Assembly: GCF_018977255.1 (NCBI RefSeq)
Contig: NW_024704742.1
Location: 17,052,001-17,116,000 of the forward strand
From: Callorhinchus milii
Lineage: Eukaryota
Length of the DNA stretch: 64,000 bases
Direction of reading: 5' to 3'
Under the pieces are notes generated by a model. That model ran no database searches, was not told the DNA's origin, and worked only from the letters and a program-made list of their open reading frames with translations. This document shows, in pieces, positions 1 through 12,904 of this stretch. Position numbers and translations under genes: made by a program. Positions within the stretch are counted from its first letter, which is position 1, and each line of letters opens with the position of its first letter.

Positions 1-289
1 CTGACTTCCAGCTTCTGATAACCTCAGCACCACTGGATGTGAGCCATACTATAACGCACCCTGTTATTATCGTGTCTCGTTTTTAAGGATCCCAACTGTT
101 ATGTATCACTAAACTGGTACAATACGGTGTAGAGATGTCAGCTTGCATTCCAAGCAGTGCCGAAAGACCTGGGCCACGCAAAATTATGTGATACAATTGG
201 TTTATAGACAAATGTAAAATGTCATCTGCATTGTGCAGATCAAAGTTTGATGCAGGGTTTGCACAAGTCGCTGTGCACTTCAGCTGTGA

Positions 290-880
290 GGTGTCAGTTT
301 AGCTCAGTTGGAAGCATCTTGCCTCCGAGTCAGGAGGTTGTGAGTTCAAATCCCACATCGGTACTTTGAACTCATAGAATAGGCTGACGTCTTCAATTCA
401 GTTTTGAAGGTGTGATCTTTCCCATGCAGAAGGTTGTGGGTTCAACAGTAAAAACAAACTGCATTTATATAACGCTTTTCATGTCAGGAGGACATCCCAA
501 GGCACTGCACAGTTGAGAGTTTGCACCCAAGCTGAGGCTTCAAGCCCCAAAATTTGGAACTCATAAAGTTTAAGATGACATTCCAATGCAGTACTGGGGG
601 TGTCCTCCATTGCTGCAGATGCTGTAATTTGGTGGATGTTAAGATCCTATGGCACTATTCAAAAAGTGAAAGGAGTTTCTCCTGGTGACCTGGCCAACAA
701 TCCCCTAAATAAGATTAGTCAAGAAAGATGCCATACAAATTTAATTTGTTGTTGTTGTAGTCATTCGCTCCATAACAGCTTATGGCACAAAACACACTGC
801 ATTACCATATAGGCCGTGAAGCGCTTTGGGACATCCTCCTAACATGAAAGGTGCTATACCAAATTCAAGGATTATTATTA
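290..880 (+). mobile_element. Fragmented Deu-domain tRNA SINE(s) (SacSINE1/AmnSINE1-like) with a short minus-strand L2 tail at ~450-512
   Basis: Head TGTCAG..GCTCAGTTGG..GCCTCCGAGTCAGGAGGTTGTGAGTTCAAATCCCAC; Deu-like AAGATCCTATGGCACTATTC..CCTGGCCAAC; L2-type tail ending in (ATT)n. Confidence 0.7.
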
Positions 881-2129
881 TGTTCAAGTGGACATTAAAG
901 ATCCCAAACCACTATGCACCAGGTGTCGTGACCAACAATCCCCCAGATAAAATGAGTCATTCATTTCAGGGTTGTTTGTGGGACATTGCTGTGCACAAAT
1001 GGATTGCCACATTCACCCACAAAATAATCACTGCATTTTACAGTAAATCTTGTAAAACACTTTGAGATGTCTTCCCGACATGAAAGGGATTCTATGAAAT
1101 ATAATGATTATTATTTACAGATGATATTTTCCCACATCCGAATCATTCATAGCAAAAGCATTCAATTCAATTCACAGGAGCAGACTCCTGGCCAGACATG
1201 TAACAAGATCTAAAAACTGCACTCTCAATGCAATATGATAAAATGGGAAGATATTTATAATATAAATATATATATATGCAATGTTATCTTGCGTGGCTTG
1301 AAAATAGAAATGTATTTGTTATAGTTATAACACTTCACCCACAAAATATGCGGTCAATTCACTTTACAGTATATATGGGAAGCACTTTGAGAAATCTTGA
1401 AGACGTGATAAGGTGCTATGTCAAATTCAAGGATTATTGATATTATTATTATTATCATTCATGCAATATCAGAACTGAATCTACGCTCAACCCCCAGCTC
1501 CCTGCAGCTCTTTATCTGGCAGAACGAAAATCCCCAAAGCAGGGAATTAAGTGAAACGCGGCTATTTAAATAATACATTAAAAATTGTTACTGAATACCT
1601 TTAATGCAGTAACTGAAGAGTGCTCCTAAATGCATGAACAATGGTTGAGACTTAAATGTCACATTTCACTTCACTATTTGTTGTTTTAAATGTCAGTACT
1701 GGATTGAAAGTAGTGGCGCATTTCAGAACACAGAGCTGTTTAGATGCTATTTAGATGTGTGGGAGGAACAGATTGACAGTGTGTTGAAGTGTAAAGGTTG
1801 TAGTGGTTGGATTTTGGCAAGTGCATGATTTTGCATAACCTCCCTCCCCCACCCCTCCATATGTTGGATTAACTGGGGTCCATTTGCCTAAGATTATTCT
1901 TTTCTTATTTTCCTAAGATCATACTAGAGCCAACTGCTGATTCCATGTGGAGCTGGGCCCAGGCTGCTTTGGAGTTTATAAATTTGCTGCCTTTAAACAT
2001 TACCTCCATTTAATAATGATAATAATTCATGCATTTGACATACTACCTTATCAAGTCGTCAAAACATCTCAAAGTTGCTTCATAGGATATACTTGTGCAC
2101 TATTGACAAGCACTATTTTTAAAGATTTT

Positions 2130-2277
2130 CATCTCTCCTCTGCCCTCCCTCATCCCAATCCTGGCCCCCCCCCCACCACCCCCCACAACGTTCAGGTCCT
2201 GACCAGCGACTGTTCAGTGCCTTGGGACATCCTCCCTCATGAAAGGGTTTTACAAATGTAATTTTGTTGTTGTTGTT
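2130..2277 (+). mobile_element. L2 LINE 3' end (family A)
   Basis: Tail GCCTTGGGACATCCTCCC..GAAAGG..AAATGTAATTT(TGT)n shared with many copies in the window. Confidence 0.8.
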
Positions 2278-2289
2278 AATATATAATAA

Positions 2290-2510
2290 AAATAATCCTT
2301 GCGTTTGATATACAACAACAACAACTTGCATTTATATAGCGCCTTCATGCAGGGTAGCATCCCGGAGCACCTTATCACATCATTGAGACATCTTAAAGTG
2401 CTTCACAGGATTTTACTGTGAGATATAGTGACTATGCATAAGTTGCCAAACCAGAAGCCAATTTGTGCACAGCAATGTCCCACAAACAGCCATGAAGTGA
2501 ATAACCATTT
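2290..2510 (-). mobile_element. SINE 3' half with an L2 family-B tail (2312-2365) nested in its tail
   Basis: SINE tail AATAATCCTTGCGTTTGATAT is interrupted by (ACA)n-CTTGCATTTATATAGCGCCTTCATGCAGGGTAGCATCCCGG, then resumes AGCACCTTATCAC. Confidence 0.75.
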
Positions 2511-2911
2511 TTTTTGTCAATAATTCAGGGGCAATGGATATTTTCATTTGGAGTAAGCAAATTACTACCCCAGCTTCAGCCTCAAGGCTCCCTAACTACA
2601 CTTCTTTATATCTTCATTTATAAAAGAAAAACTATTTGGGATCAACCATATATAAGTACAATTTTTCCAAGCACAAATATTTGTAGCAGTTAGTTCAGAA
2701 GGTGAAATAATGGCCGTCTTGCCATTGTCATTTAATCCTTTGATCCTTGTTCCTTTGAACCATATCCTTTTAAACTAATGCATGAATATTAAGTGATGTT
2801 CTCAACTGAAATCATATATTTCTATTACAGTGCTTAAATTTACCACTTGTGCAAAATAACAATGTATTATTTGAGTGCTAACAATATTCACTCAGTCAAA
2901 TAGAAGATTAT

Positions 2912-3170
2912 CAACAACAACAACAAAATTACCTTTATAGAGTGCCTTTCACGTCGGGAGGACGTCCCAAGGCGCTGGACAACCAGGGGTCAGGACCCGA
3001 GCATCGGGGAGGGGTGGTGTAGGGGTGAGGGAAGGCAGAGAGGTGAGAGGGCGACTGAAGGTACGATCGAAGAGGAGGGTGTTGGATCGGCCTTGAAGGA
3101 GGCAAGGGAGGAAGCGAGACAAAGGGACTGTGGGATGGAGTTCCAGATTGTGAGGGCAGAGAGGCTGAAA
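2912..3170 (-). mobile_element. L2 LINE 3' fragment (family A)
   Basis: (CAA)n tail; minus-strand translation contains IWNSIPQSL..SLASFK, typical of the L2 ORF2 C-terminus. Confidence 0.85.
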
Positions 3171-4359
3171 TATCCAGTCATGCTCTTGTGTCCTTATTCT
3201 AGTAAACACTATGTGTGAGCAATGCAAATTCATTAATGCAGGGTTAAGTACAGTCAGTGGCACTTCAGTTTCCTCAGAAACTTAAAAAGACACTGTGGAT
3301 GTGCAAGCAATTTACCAGCACATTCCCCCCTGTGTCAAACGGTTTTGGGTTCAAGCCCTGCACGGGGGACTTTGTGTTCATGATCTAGGTAAGAATACAC
3401 AGTACAGTATACCCTGTGAAGTGCTTTGAGACGTCTAGAAGACGTGAAAAGCACTATATCAAATACAAGAATTATTATTATTATAGGCGGACACTCCAGG
3501 AGTGTATTGCATTGTCAGAAATGCCATCTTTCACATGACACAATAAACCAAGATTTTGTCTGACTGTTCAGGTGGACGTATTGACACTATTGGAAAGTGA
3601 AGCAAGGATATCTTAGCTAACCATCTTCCAGATAATTGATCACTCACATCCTAGCTATTTAAGCGACACAACTGTATACAATTTGGCTGCTGAGTTTGCC
3701 TACAAATACACAGTTCCTTCAATTAATCTGAAAGACTGTGAAGTGCTTTAAGATATTTGAAGTGATGAAGAGCTAAATCAAATACAAGTTTCTTATTTAA
3801 ATCTACTCACTGACAATAATCTATTGAATGGAATGACACATATTTATTGGCTGAGTAGTTTGGACTTCAAGATCAATTTTCACAATGTGCTAATATGACA
3901 ATGTGCCTTGGTCTCTGCAATACTGCACTGATGCATCTCATGGCATTCCACGGAAGAGTTAAATCAGAATGTAGCTCAGCTTCTCCATGCTATGGTATTG
4001 TGCCAAGTTCATGATGCTATTAACATAGGTTTGGCATGAAATTACAAGTAGAACAGCTCAGTATTTCAAGAGTACTGTTTGCTGCTGTTTATGCCATTCA
4101 TAGTTCCTCATGGAGGAAGTTTTGCTCTGATGACGAAAAAGGCCAATAATACCACCTGTTCTTCTCCGCCCCAATTTACATATTTCTCTTATGGCTTAAA
4201 TGACAAAGGCCCTTAGTTTGAATTAGCCCTTCTGTGGTCAAGTGCTCCACTAAAACAGTGCCAGAATGTATAAATTATGAAATATAGTCTACTCTGGAAG
4301 GCTTAGACCCACTTGAAATGTTTCTATTACTGATGTTTTGAGAGACTGAGAGACTGTGT

Positions 4360-4567
4360 CAGTCTGGAGACTGTGTGTGAGACGCTGTATGCCTCTGCAC
4401 CACAGACGCAAGGCCTAAGCTCTGCGCCTTGCTCCCGTGGTTGCCCAGGAAGAATGTCAGGCAAGCGCCAGGCCTCAGCCTTCACTCCCACCACCGCTCC
4501 CATGAACCATACATTGGCTGTGTTACCAGTGGAGTGGATCCCAGCCACAGCACGAGGTGGCACCAGG
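4360..4567 (-). other. GC-rich structured remnant resembling a non-LTR (RTE-like) retrotransposon 5'UTR with a degenerate HDV-like ribozyme core
   Basis: Minus strand reads GCC-ACCTCGT-GCT-GTGGCT-GG...GCCAA, then GGGCAACCACGGGA and a 7-bp GCAAGGC/GCCTTGC hairpin. Confidence 0.45.
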
Positions 4568-4796
4568 TGAAGAGAGAGAGAGAGAGAGGATGAAATGAGT
4601 GTGACAGAGGAGAGAGTGAATAGAAAAAGTGTGAGAGAGAGGGATTCATTCAGAAATTGGATTTCCATAAAGAACCAAATTCCAAATTAAGATTGAACTA
4701 CGAATTCTTCCACTACCCTGTGTGATATTAAACTGCAAAACAAAATTGTCTTTCAGGTTAAGATTGAAGGAAATTTAAGGCCCCGTGTGTTTTGAT

Positions 4797-4870
4797 AACC
4801 TGAAATGGTAGCCTACGCAGGTTTGCCTTTCAGATGCAGACTGACCTACTATAGATTTCCAACATTTTGG
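4797..4870 (+). repeat. Old, diverged half-copy of the Penelope-type palindromic repeat
   Basis: ACCTGAAATG..CAGATGCAGACTGACCTACT..ATTTCCAACATTTT resembles the right arm at 17846-17950. Confidence 0.45.
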
Positions 4871-4993
4871 AAATGTACAGCAAGTTCAGCATGAGACGTC
4901 TCGAAGATGTAATAAGGCATTATATCAAATGCAAGCATTTATTACATTTCACTGTAATTTTGTCCCTCCCTCCTCCCATTGTCAAACCCACAG

Positions 4994-5331
4994 ATAATAA
5001 TAATATTCCTTGCACTTGATCTAGCACCTTATCACAATATTAATACTTCTCAAATTTTTCACAGGATTTTTAAAACTATGAATTGTAGTGACTGTGCAAT
5101 TGTCTAAAGCAGGAACCAATTTGCCCACAGCAATGTCCCACAAACAGCCATGACATCAATGATCAATTTTGGCCAGTTAACATCTCATCCAAAGGATGGC
5201 ACTCTGAGTCTCCTCCAGCACTACACTGGATTATCAGCCTAGACTACAAGATCAAAGTCCTGCTGTAGGGCTTGAACCCATAACCTTCTGCCTTAGAAGC
5301 AAGAGTGCTACCAACTGAGCCAGGCTGACAC
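4994..5331 (-). mobile_element. Deu-domain tRNA SINE
   Basis: Minus-strand head GTGTCAGCCTGGCTCAGTTGGTAGCACTCTTGC..GGGTTCAAGCCC; TGTTTGTGGGACATTGCTGTG motif; (ATT)n tail. Confidence 0.8.
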
Positions 5332-6127
5332 TGTGAGTCTTTGTCACACATGAAAATTAGATCTCCAGCAAAATATATGCAAGAATGTTCCACAAACTGT
5401 AAGCTTCTGCATGTATATACCTGTAAGTAGCATGACAACTATATTGTATCATCATAAGCAAAATTTGTATATAAACCTTGAACTCCCCCCAAAAAAGATA
5501 AAAACGCAATTCGACAAATTATCCTAGCTCAACAGACTGCTCATGGCCAGATGTTCCAACTACTGGGCTAAAGCCAACAGTGAGGTCAAAACTATCAACA
5601 TAGTGATGCCAGAAAAATGTAACGTCTATTAAAGTAGAACATGAGAGTGTGTTCAGGCACCTGTTTTGCACTAGCCCAATTGTAGATTCAACCTGGGATG
5701 AAAACCATACCAGAAGGCTGGGCTGACACTCATCTTCTGTTCATACCAGGCTTCTCCTCATACGTCAAGTATAATTAAAAGTCAGGCTTAAAATTGTTTG
5801 GAGACCGTCTTGGATTTTTGCCAAGCTTGCTAAGGTCGATGAGCCCCACAGAGGTGTACATTCAGTCTGAATGAACGATCACATGCTCGTAGCTCAGGGT
5901 AGCCTCAGATACCCAGCAACAGCAGTGGTGTTGCCAGGAGTGTGATTAGCCCGAGTGAGCCAGCAGTTATTGAAAGTGCAAAGTTTCTAACAGTTTCACT
6001 CCTCCTCCATTAAGATCCAATATGCATAGCAGTGTAACGCAGATGCAAAGAAGAATTGTGTCAACCTCAATTAAATACCACAAGAGGTCATCAAGGCCAC
6101 TCAAACTGAAAACGTTAGTGTAGAATG

Positions 6128-6500
6128 GGGTCAATCTGGCTCAGTTGGCAGCACTCTTCTTTGCCTCTGAATCAGAAGGTTGCAGGTTCAAACTCCATAT
6201 CAAGACACAATACACTCCTGGAGGAGCGCTGCATTGTTGGAGATGTCATGCTTCAGAAGAGATGTTAAACTGAGTTCCCGCCTGCCTGTTTAGGTGGATG
6301 ATAAAGATCCCATGACACTAATCAAAAAAGAGAAGGGACCTTCTCCTGGTGTCCTGGCCAACTCAGATAAAACTGTTCATTCATTTTGTTGCTGTTTGTG
6401 GAACACTGTTGTGCACAAATTGGCTGCCATATTCACCATTATACAGGTCATATCCTTATTCCTGGCAGGAAAAACACCATATCAAATGCAATTGTTATAA
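6128..6500 (+). mobile_element. Deu-domain tRNA SINE
   Basis: A-box GGCTCAGTTGG, B-box GGTTCAAACTCC, Deu-like AAAGATCCCATGACACT..GGTGTCCTGGCCAAC..GTGCACAAATTGGCTGCC. Confidence 0.8.
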
Positions 6501-6842
6501 TCACATAAGAAACAAGAACACCTCTCTAAAAAACAAAGCGAACGAAAAAAGTAGAAAGTGGCCCTTCATTGAACTTTCTTTGTTTTCCAGTGCACTGAGA
6601 CGCTATCCTGAGTGGGGGGCACTGTATAAACACAAGTTGTTGATGTTGCTTGTAACTTATGCAAGAAATTGAAGCAAAGTGATGGCTGTGTACTGTGAAA
6701 GCATCACCTCAGTACACTAACATAACAATTTTTTTAAAAAGTAGACTTGTTATTTACAAGTGATACCATTTCTTCACAGCTTCCTTCTCATAAATGATAC
6801 CAGTCCAGTGACTTGATAACGTTTGTATTTAGGAAATATCCA

Positions 6843-7995
6843 AACAACAACAACAAAATTACATTTGTAAACCGCTTTTCATATCAGGAGGACGTCCCAA
6901 GGCGCTGGACAGACAGAGTTACGGACCCGAGCTGGGGGTCGGGATGAGGGAGGGCGGAGAGCAGGGGGGAAAGCAGGGAGATGGAAAGCACGGTCAAAGA
7001 GGAGGGCCTTGAGACGGGTCTTGACGTTGGCAAGGGAGAGACGAGGTGGAGGGTCTGTGGGATGGAGTTCCAGAGGGTGGGGGCAGAATGGCGGAAGCGC
7101 CGCCCACCAATAGTGGGGAGAGCAAGGCAGGTGACGTGAAGCAGGCCGGAGCTCGCTGAGCGGAGGGAGCGAACAGAATGGTAGGGGGTTCGGAAGTCGC
7201 AGAGGTAGGGGGGAGCAAGACCATAGAGAATTTTGAAGGTGAGAAACAGGATCTTGAATTGTATCCTCTGTTTGATTGGAAGCAGATGGACTTGGGTGAG
7301 GATGGGAGTGATAGGGTCGCAAAGCCTAGTGCGGGAGAGAACATGGGCTGCAGAGTTCTGGATGATTTGCAGCCTGTGGAGGGAGATGATGGGGAAGGCG
7401 ACAAGCAGTCAGTTTGCATAGTCAAGCCTCGATTAGTGAAAGCGTGTATGAGGGTTTCGGCGGCCTGCGGTGTGAGACAGTGTCGGAGCCGGGGCGATTT
7501 TGCGGAGGTGGGGGAAGGCAGAGCAGTCATGGTGCAGATGTGGGGTAGAAAAGATAGTTAAGGGTCAAACAAGACCCCAAGGTTCCGGACTGGCTTAGCA
7601 AGGTGGAGTGTGTAACCATGGATGGTAATGCTGTCAGCGCCTGAGGTGAGGAGGCGCTGACGGGAGCCAATCAGGAGAGCCTTTCAAATGAAGAAAGTTA
7701 GCTCTCATCCAGGACTTGATGTCAGACAGACATTCTGTCAGGACAGCAGTAGTCCTGGAGTCAAGGGTGGAGACAGAGAGGCACAGTTGGGTGTTATCTG
7801 CATTAATGTGGAAGTCGATCCCATGTCTGCGGATGATGTCACCAAGAAGGAGCATATAGATGTTGAAGAGAAGGGGACCAAGGACAGAGCCCTGAGGAGC
7901 GCCGCACAAGACGGTGTGGGGGCTTGAGGAGAAGCCGTTTGTGGAGATGAAGTGCAGGCAGTGTGAGAGGTATGATCTGAACCAGTCAAGGATAA
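6843..7995 (-). mobile_element. 5'-truncated L2 LINE (family A) with frameshifted reverse-transcriptase remnants
   Basis: ORF fragments LDWFRSYLS, GAPQGSVLGPLLFNIYM, FHINADNTQL (degenerate YADD), LSDIKSWMRANFL, AETLIHAF; (CAA)n tail at 6843. Confidence 0.92.
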
Positions 7996-8189
7996 ACACT
8001 TTTCACGGCAGGATACCAAGCTACAAATGGACACACACTGACCTCTTGGTACAGAAATAAATTTAAAATTATTAAAATATAGATTTTGTTTGTAAATTGG
8101 AGCAAACTGTGTTAACTAAACCATTACTATCCAGGTAGGTCCCATATTCAATCCTTGATCTGAGCTGATTCAGCCAGCACATCAATAAT

Positions 8190-8550
8190 AATAATAATAA
8201 CAATAATAATCATGATTGCATTTGATATACTACTTATAACATTCAAAGTCACAAATGCTTCACAGGTTATTGCTGCAAAGTGTAGTAACTGTAGCTAAAC
8301 ATGGCAGCCAATTTACAAACTGTAATGTCCCACAAATAGTCAAGAAATGAAGCCCCAATTTTACCTAGAGGATTGTTGGCCAGGACACTTGGAGAAACTT
8401 CCTTCTGTTTTTGAATAGTTTGGAATAGTGGGGTCTTCACGTTCACCTAGTCAGGCAGACAAGTCCTCATTTTAAAGACTCATCAAAAGGACAACACCTC
8501 CATAAATGCAGTGCTCCCCCGCAGGGCATTGGAGGGTTAGCCTAGGCTAT
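8190..8550 (-). mobile_element. Deu-domain SINE body and tail
   Basis: (AAT)n, GGCAGCCAATTT, ATGTCCCACAAA, TTGTTGGCCAGGACAC motifs in reverse orientation. Confidence 0.7.
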
Positions 8551-10036
8551 GAAATAAGATAAAATGAGCTGAACGACGTAATTCATCCAAACCTCTCTTG
8601 TGAGCTAAGGAGAACAACTAAGCAGGTTATCCAGAAGGAAATAACCATTCGTTTCAAGTGTTTTCTGAAAAATGTAGCCTTTGCCATATTCAGTGTATTC
8701 TCTCCTCCCTGAATCAGAAGGTTTTAGATTCAAGCCCCACATCGAGAATAGAAGCGTAGGCTGATACTTCAATACACTACTGGGGGAGTCAGACGTTCCA
8801 TACTTTGTATAAGACGTCAACCTGAGATCCATCTAAAGATCCCATAATACTTTAGAAAGTGAAGAGAGTTCCTTTTGATTTACTGGCCAAGAATCCTCCG
8901 TGCGCAAGTTGGCTGCGGTGTTTTGCTATGTACATGCTACACTTGACAACAATTACACATGAAACACTTTCAGATATTTATAGATCATAGATGCTATATG
9001 ATATGCAGAAATTATTTATTATTATTGAGTATCTCTTGGCACAGTTAATATCACTCTTGCCTCTGCCATCTGTCCTACTCCGTGGCGCTCTGCATTGGCA
9101 CAGTGAGGCTCAGAAACACTGCGCCGCCCAGTGGCTCTTTTACTTTGCATCTGTTATAATTCGGAAGGTCTTTCCAAACCTTCCTGACATCAAGCAGGAC
9201 GTACACACAGTGCACATAAGAAAATCCTCGTCTTCTGTGATTGGGAAATGAGCAACAATATGTTTCAAAGTACTACTACACTTTAAAATTATGCTTGATC
9301 GGCAAGCTATATTCAAAGTAACACTGCATGGAAAATCCAAATTCTTGACCATTTTCTGTCAAGACACTGTTTACGTGTTGCTCCTGGAGCATGTTGAAGA
9401 TCTCATCCAAGCAGACAGATCAGCTGCATAGAAGGATCTCTTGGTATCCTTTTGTAGCAGAATCACGTCAATAGCCTTCAGAATTGTGACAGAAACCATA
9501 ATAAACATTTTCCCAAACTCTCTGATCTACAAAAATACTTTTAAAAACACGAGTGAATGCAGGACTGTTGCCAGCTGTGAACCGTTTTGATCATGGAATT
9601 TTTTTAATTTACAAATTATTTATTTTTAGTTATTTTATTTCTAACCCAATTACTAAGCAAAATGGTAAAAATGTGGTCAATTTAAGCACAGTGACTAATC
9701 CTATTGGCACAAGCTATCATTGCTGAAATGTTTCAGAACAAAAATGCCTTGTTTCGTTTAGCTAATATCTGAGACACTTGAACCAAATATGCAATTTGAT
9801 GTCTACAAAGCTGCCGCTTGAGTCTAGCAAACTTATGTGTAGTATTAATAAATTGGCAGGAATCAATGATATATGATATCCTTCAATACCTGTAAAGATA
9901 CAAAATAAGACTGAAAGATTGCTATATCTAAATACAGGACCTGTAACAAAGATAATTTACATGAAGTACGCTCAGAATTTTACAAACATAAGAATCTTAG
10001 CCTCTGTATTTGCCAAGCCTTCCCACATGTTGCATC

Positions 10037-10545
10037 GTGTGTCAGCCTAGTCGCACTCTTGCCTCTGAATCAGAAGGTTGTGGGTTCAAGCCCCATGTCG
10101 GGACTTAGGATCACATAGTCAAAGTTGACACTCCAATATAGTGCTAGGGGCGTGCTGCATTGTCGGAGGTGCTGTCTTTCAGATAAGAAGTTAAACCGAG
10201 GTCCCGTAGGTTTGTTGAAACGGATGTGAAAAATCCCATGGCATTATTCGAAAGAGAGAAGGGAGTTTCCGTAAAGTATATCCTGTGCGCTTCACAGGAT
10301 ATACTTTATAGGCCAGTTCCAGCATGCCGACCAATATCAGCTGACTCAGCCCACCACTGGCTCCCTATCCCCCAGCAGATCAATTTTAAGATCTTCATTC
10401 TCACTTTAAATGTCTCTGTGGCCTTATACCACTCTATCCTACGTCTTTACTCCATGTCCAATCATTTTGCTCCACCAACTTCAGCCTACTTCATGCCCTT
10501 GCTGTTTTTCCCCATCATTGATGGGTGAGCTTTCAGATACACTGC
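10037..10545 (+). mobile_element. Deu-domain SINE 5' part (to ~10270) followed by an old L2 fragment (~10345-10545)
   Basis: GTGTCAGCC..GCCTCTGAATCAGAAGGTTGTGGGTTCAAGCCCC head; downstream translation HWLPIPQQINFKI is an L2 ORF2 motif. Confidence 0.75.
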
Positions 10546-12904
10546 AGTTGTGCACAAGGGAAATATAAATAACAAAGTGCCAGCAAACATTCAACAGTCA
10601 TTAAGGTATGGATTCAGCACACTTAATGGAAAATCATTTGGATATGCATGAAACCTTCATTATACTGCTGACTGCCTGGTCCCACACTGGTTTCCGCACT
10701 TGGGGCAATGATGCAAATGCAATATAATCAGCATTGGCCCATTTGGATTATAGTCATCGTGAGGCATCTTGGCTGATCAACAACAGTTAATTAATTCACA
10801 GAACAATCAGATTATGAATACTTTGTTTTAAGTTCCCATACTGAGAGGGATAAGCAGATGCCAACACAGTGATGTCAGTCTCTGTTGTTGTCACCTGCTA
10901 CCTCCTTTACTTGCAACAGCAACTATTTGACAGTTTTACAATCCCTATTATAAGATACCTTTCAAAAATGATAATAATCCTTGCATATAATACAACAACT
11001 TTCCCACATCGGGAGAATGTCTCAAAGCATTCCTCAGGATTTACTGTGAAGTGTAGTCACTGTATTTTTGTAGGCAAAATTGTCAGACATTGTCCTCCAA
11101 GCAGTCTTGAAGTGAACTAATCTTTTTATGTACCCAGGGAACTGTTATATCCACTGTGTTCAATGTGTGTAAGAGAATGCTACCAGCATCTCACATATTT
11201 ATTTTGTGAGCCACAACAATTGTAGGAAAGTGGAAGGCGGCTAATAATTTATAGTGATTTATTTTTTATTAAAAAATGGAACCTCAGTAACTATGATAAA
11301 ACAACAGGTCACACACTGGTCACATAAAGGAGTGAGTGATGTTTTCATTAGAGATTAATAATGGGACAAAACTTAATGAAAAGATCACTGAACCCTGATG
11401 TGTTGTTTAAAGAAATAAAGGACTTGCATTTTTTAATGCACCCTATTATGTTGAAGCACCAACAAGCAATTCACAGGTAATCTATCAAATGTAGTGACTG
11501 TTTGAAGGCAAACAATATAGCCATTTGCACCTCAACCTGAATGATCAGCTGACTTCAAGGATTGTTGGCCAGGAAATTGGGAGAAACTTTTCTAATTGAA
11601 TATTATATTATAATGTAGTACAGGAAAGGGCCATTTGGCTCAGTAAGTCTGCGCTGGAGTTATTTTCTACCTCAGCCAACCAGTCTAATTCCACTCTCCT
11701 GCTCCCTTCTCAATACCCTTTAACCCTAATGATTAGAACATGTGATCATTATGACATTACACAAAATTGTCTGCCTGCAGGTATGCCCCAACCCCCACTC
11801 CACAGTTTGGCACAACAGAAACACAGAACCATAGAAATGTACAGCACAGAAAATCCTTTTAGTCCCGTTTACTTTTCCCCACACCCTTGCCAGATATCCA
11901 AAGGATGAAATTTCTGTAACATGATAATTACCACGAGGGACAGTGACACTAGTCATCATCCAGTCACTGGTGGTAATTATCGTATCACACTTTGCAATTT
12001 TCACTTCAGTGGATTTGAAAGCAGCTGCAGAGCTAAACGGTATGAAAGGAAATGTAGCAGCAATAGCCATGTACAGAGTAACTGTTATAAGTGAGCCCCA
12101 AACCACTTAGCAGTGAAGGCATTAATCAACCAGTCAAGAATCACAATAAAATAGTCTAGTTCATTATAGTGACTATGGAAATCAGATTCCAGACAGGGCG
12201 ATTCCTAGGAATTCATTGCAGGATTTAAATGTTTGTAACCTTCGAGGCTCCACAGTACTCTTGTCCATCCATTTTTTTGGGGGTTCAGCCAGGTATCTGA
12301 AATGTACGGAAACCAATCACCATGCTCCAGAGTAGCCAAACCAAGCTGAGATTTGCATGCATCCCACCTATACATGGAAAGCCCAGAGATATATTGTTGG
12401 AATAGAATGCACACCCTCTCCCTGGAGGGACACATCCTGTTTATCTAATTCCAGAAATTATTAGGTGCAGGTTGGCAGGAGCCAAGGCTTGGGGACCTTA
12501 GCATATGCATTGAGCTACTGCTGGAGTCTAACCAGCTAAAAAGGGTTTGCCATTGATATTGCTGTCTGGCAAGCTTTCCCACTGCTTGTCCAGCTAGGAC
12601 CACCCTACCTGTTAGTGCTTTGGCTTGCAGAATTAATAGGAGCTGAGTGGAAACAGCCCCTGCCCCCAGTGTCTGGTCTGCACTTCCATGTCCTGCTGAT
12701 GAGCCAGGCTGGTTGTGCTGTCATTAGCAATGCCCTGGAATACTGCGGACCTGCCTAGCTCAGGAACCGGACTACCGAGACCACCACAGAGGGCAGGCTG
12801 GATTCCAACACTTCATTGCCAAGCCTGTCACCTTTGAGCCAGTTCAGCTGTAGGGAAACCCTGTTTACGAAAATGAGCTATGTATTGTGCCTTGGAATTG
12901 TACT

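Noticed and set aside
4327..4668. 113-aa minus-strand ORF
   Set aside because: Built from a (CT)n tract plus the GC-rich structured remnant; no protein similarity recognised.
6879..8034. Cluster of 100-180-aa ORFs
   Set aside because: Frameshifted L2 ORF2 remnants and their antisense frames; the catalytic YADD is degenerate.
9140..9480. Possible internal exon of the minus-strand gene
   Set aside because: No frame resembles tolloid exon 2 or later, and frames following the candidate acceptor hit stops.
11726..12106. 126-aa ORF with a hydrophobic N-terminus
   Set aside because: Non-ATG start, no recognisable domain, no splice support.
12205..12435. ISDTWL..EGYK motif resembling a LINE endonuclease
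   Set aside because: Too short and lacking the other APE motifs in order; likely chance or unresolvable decay.
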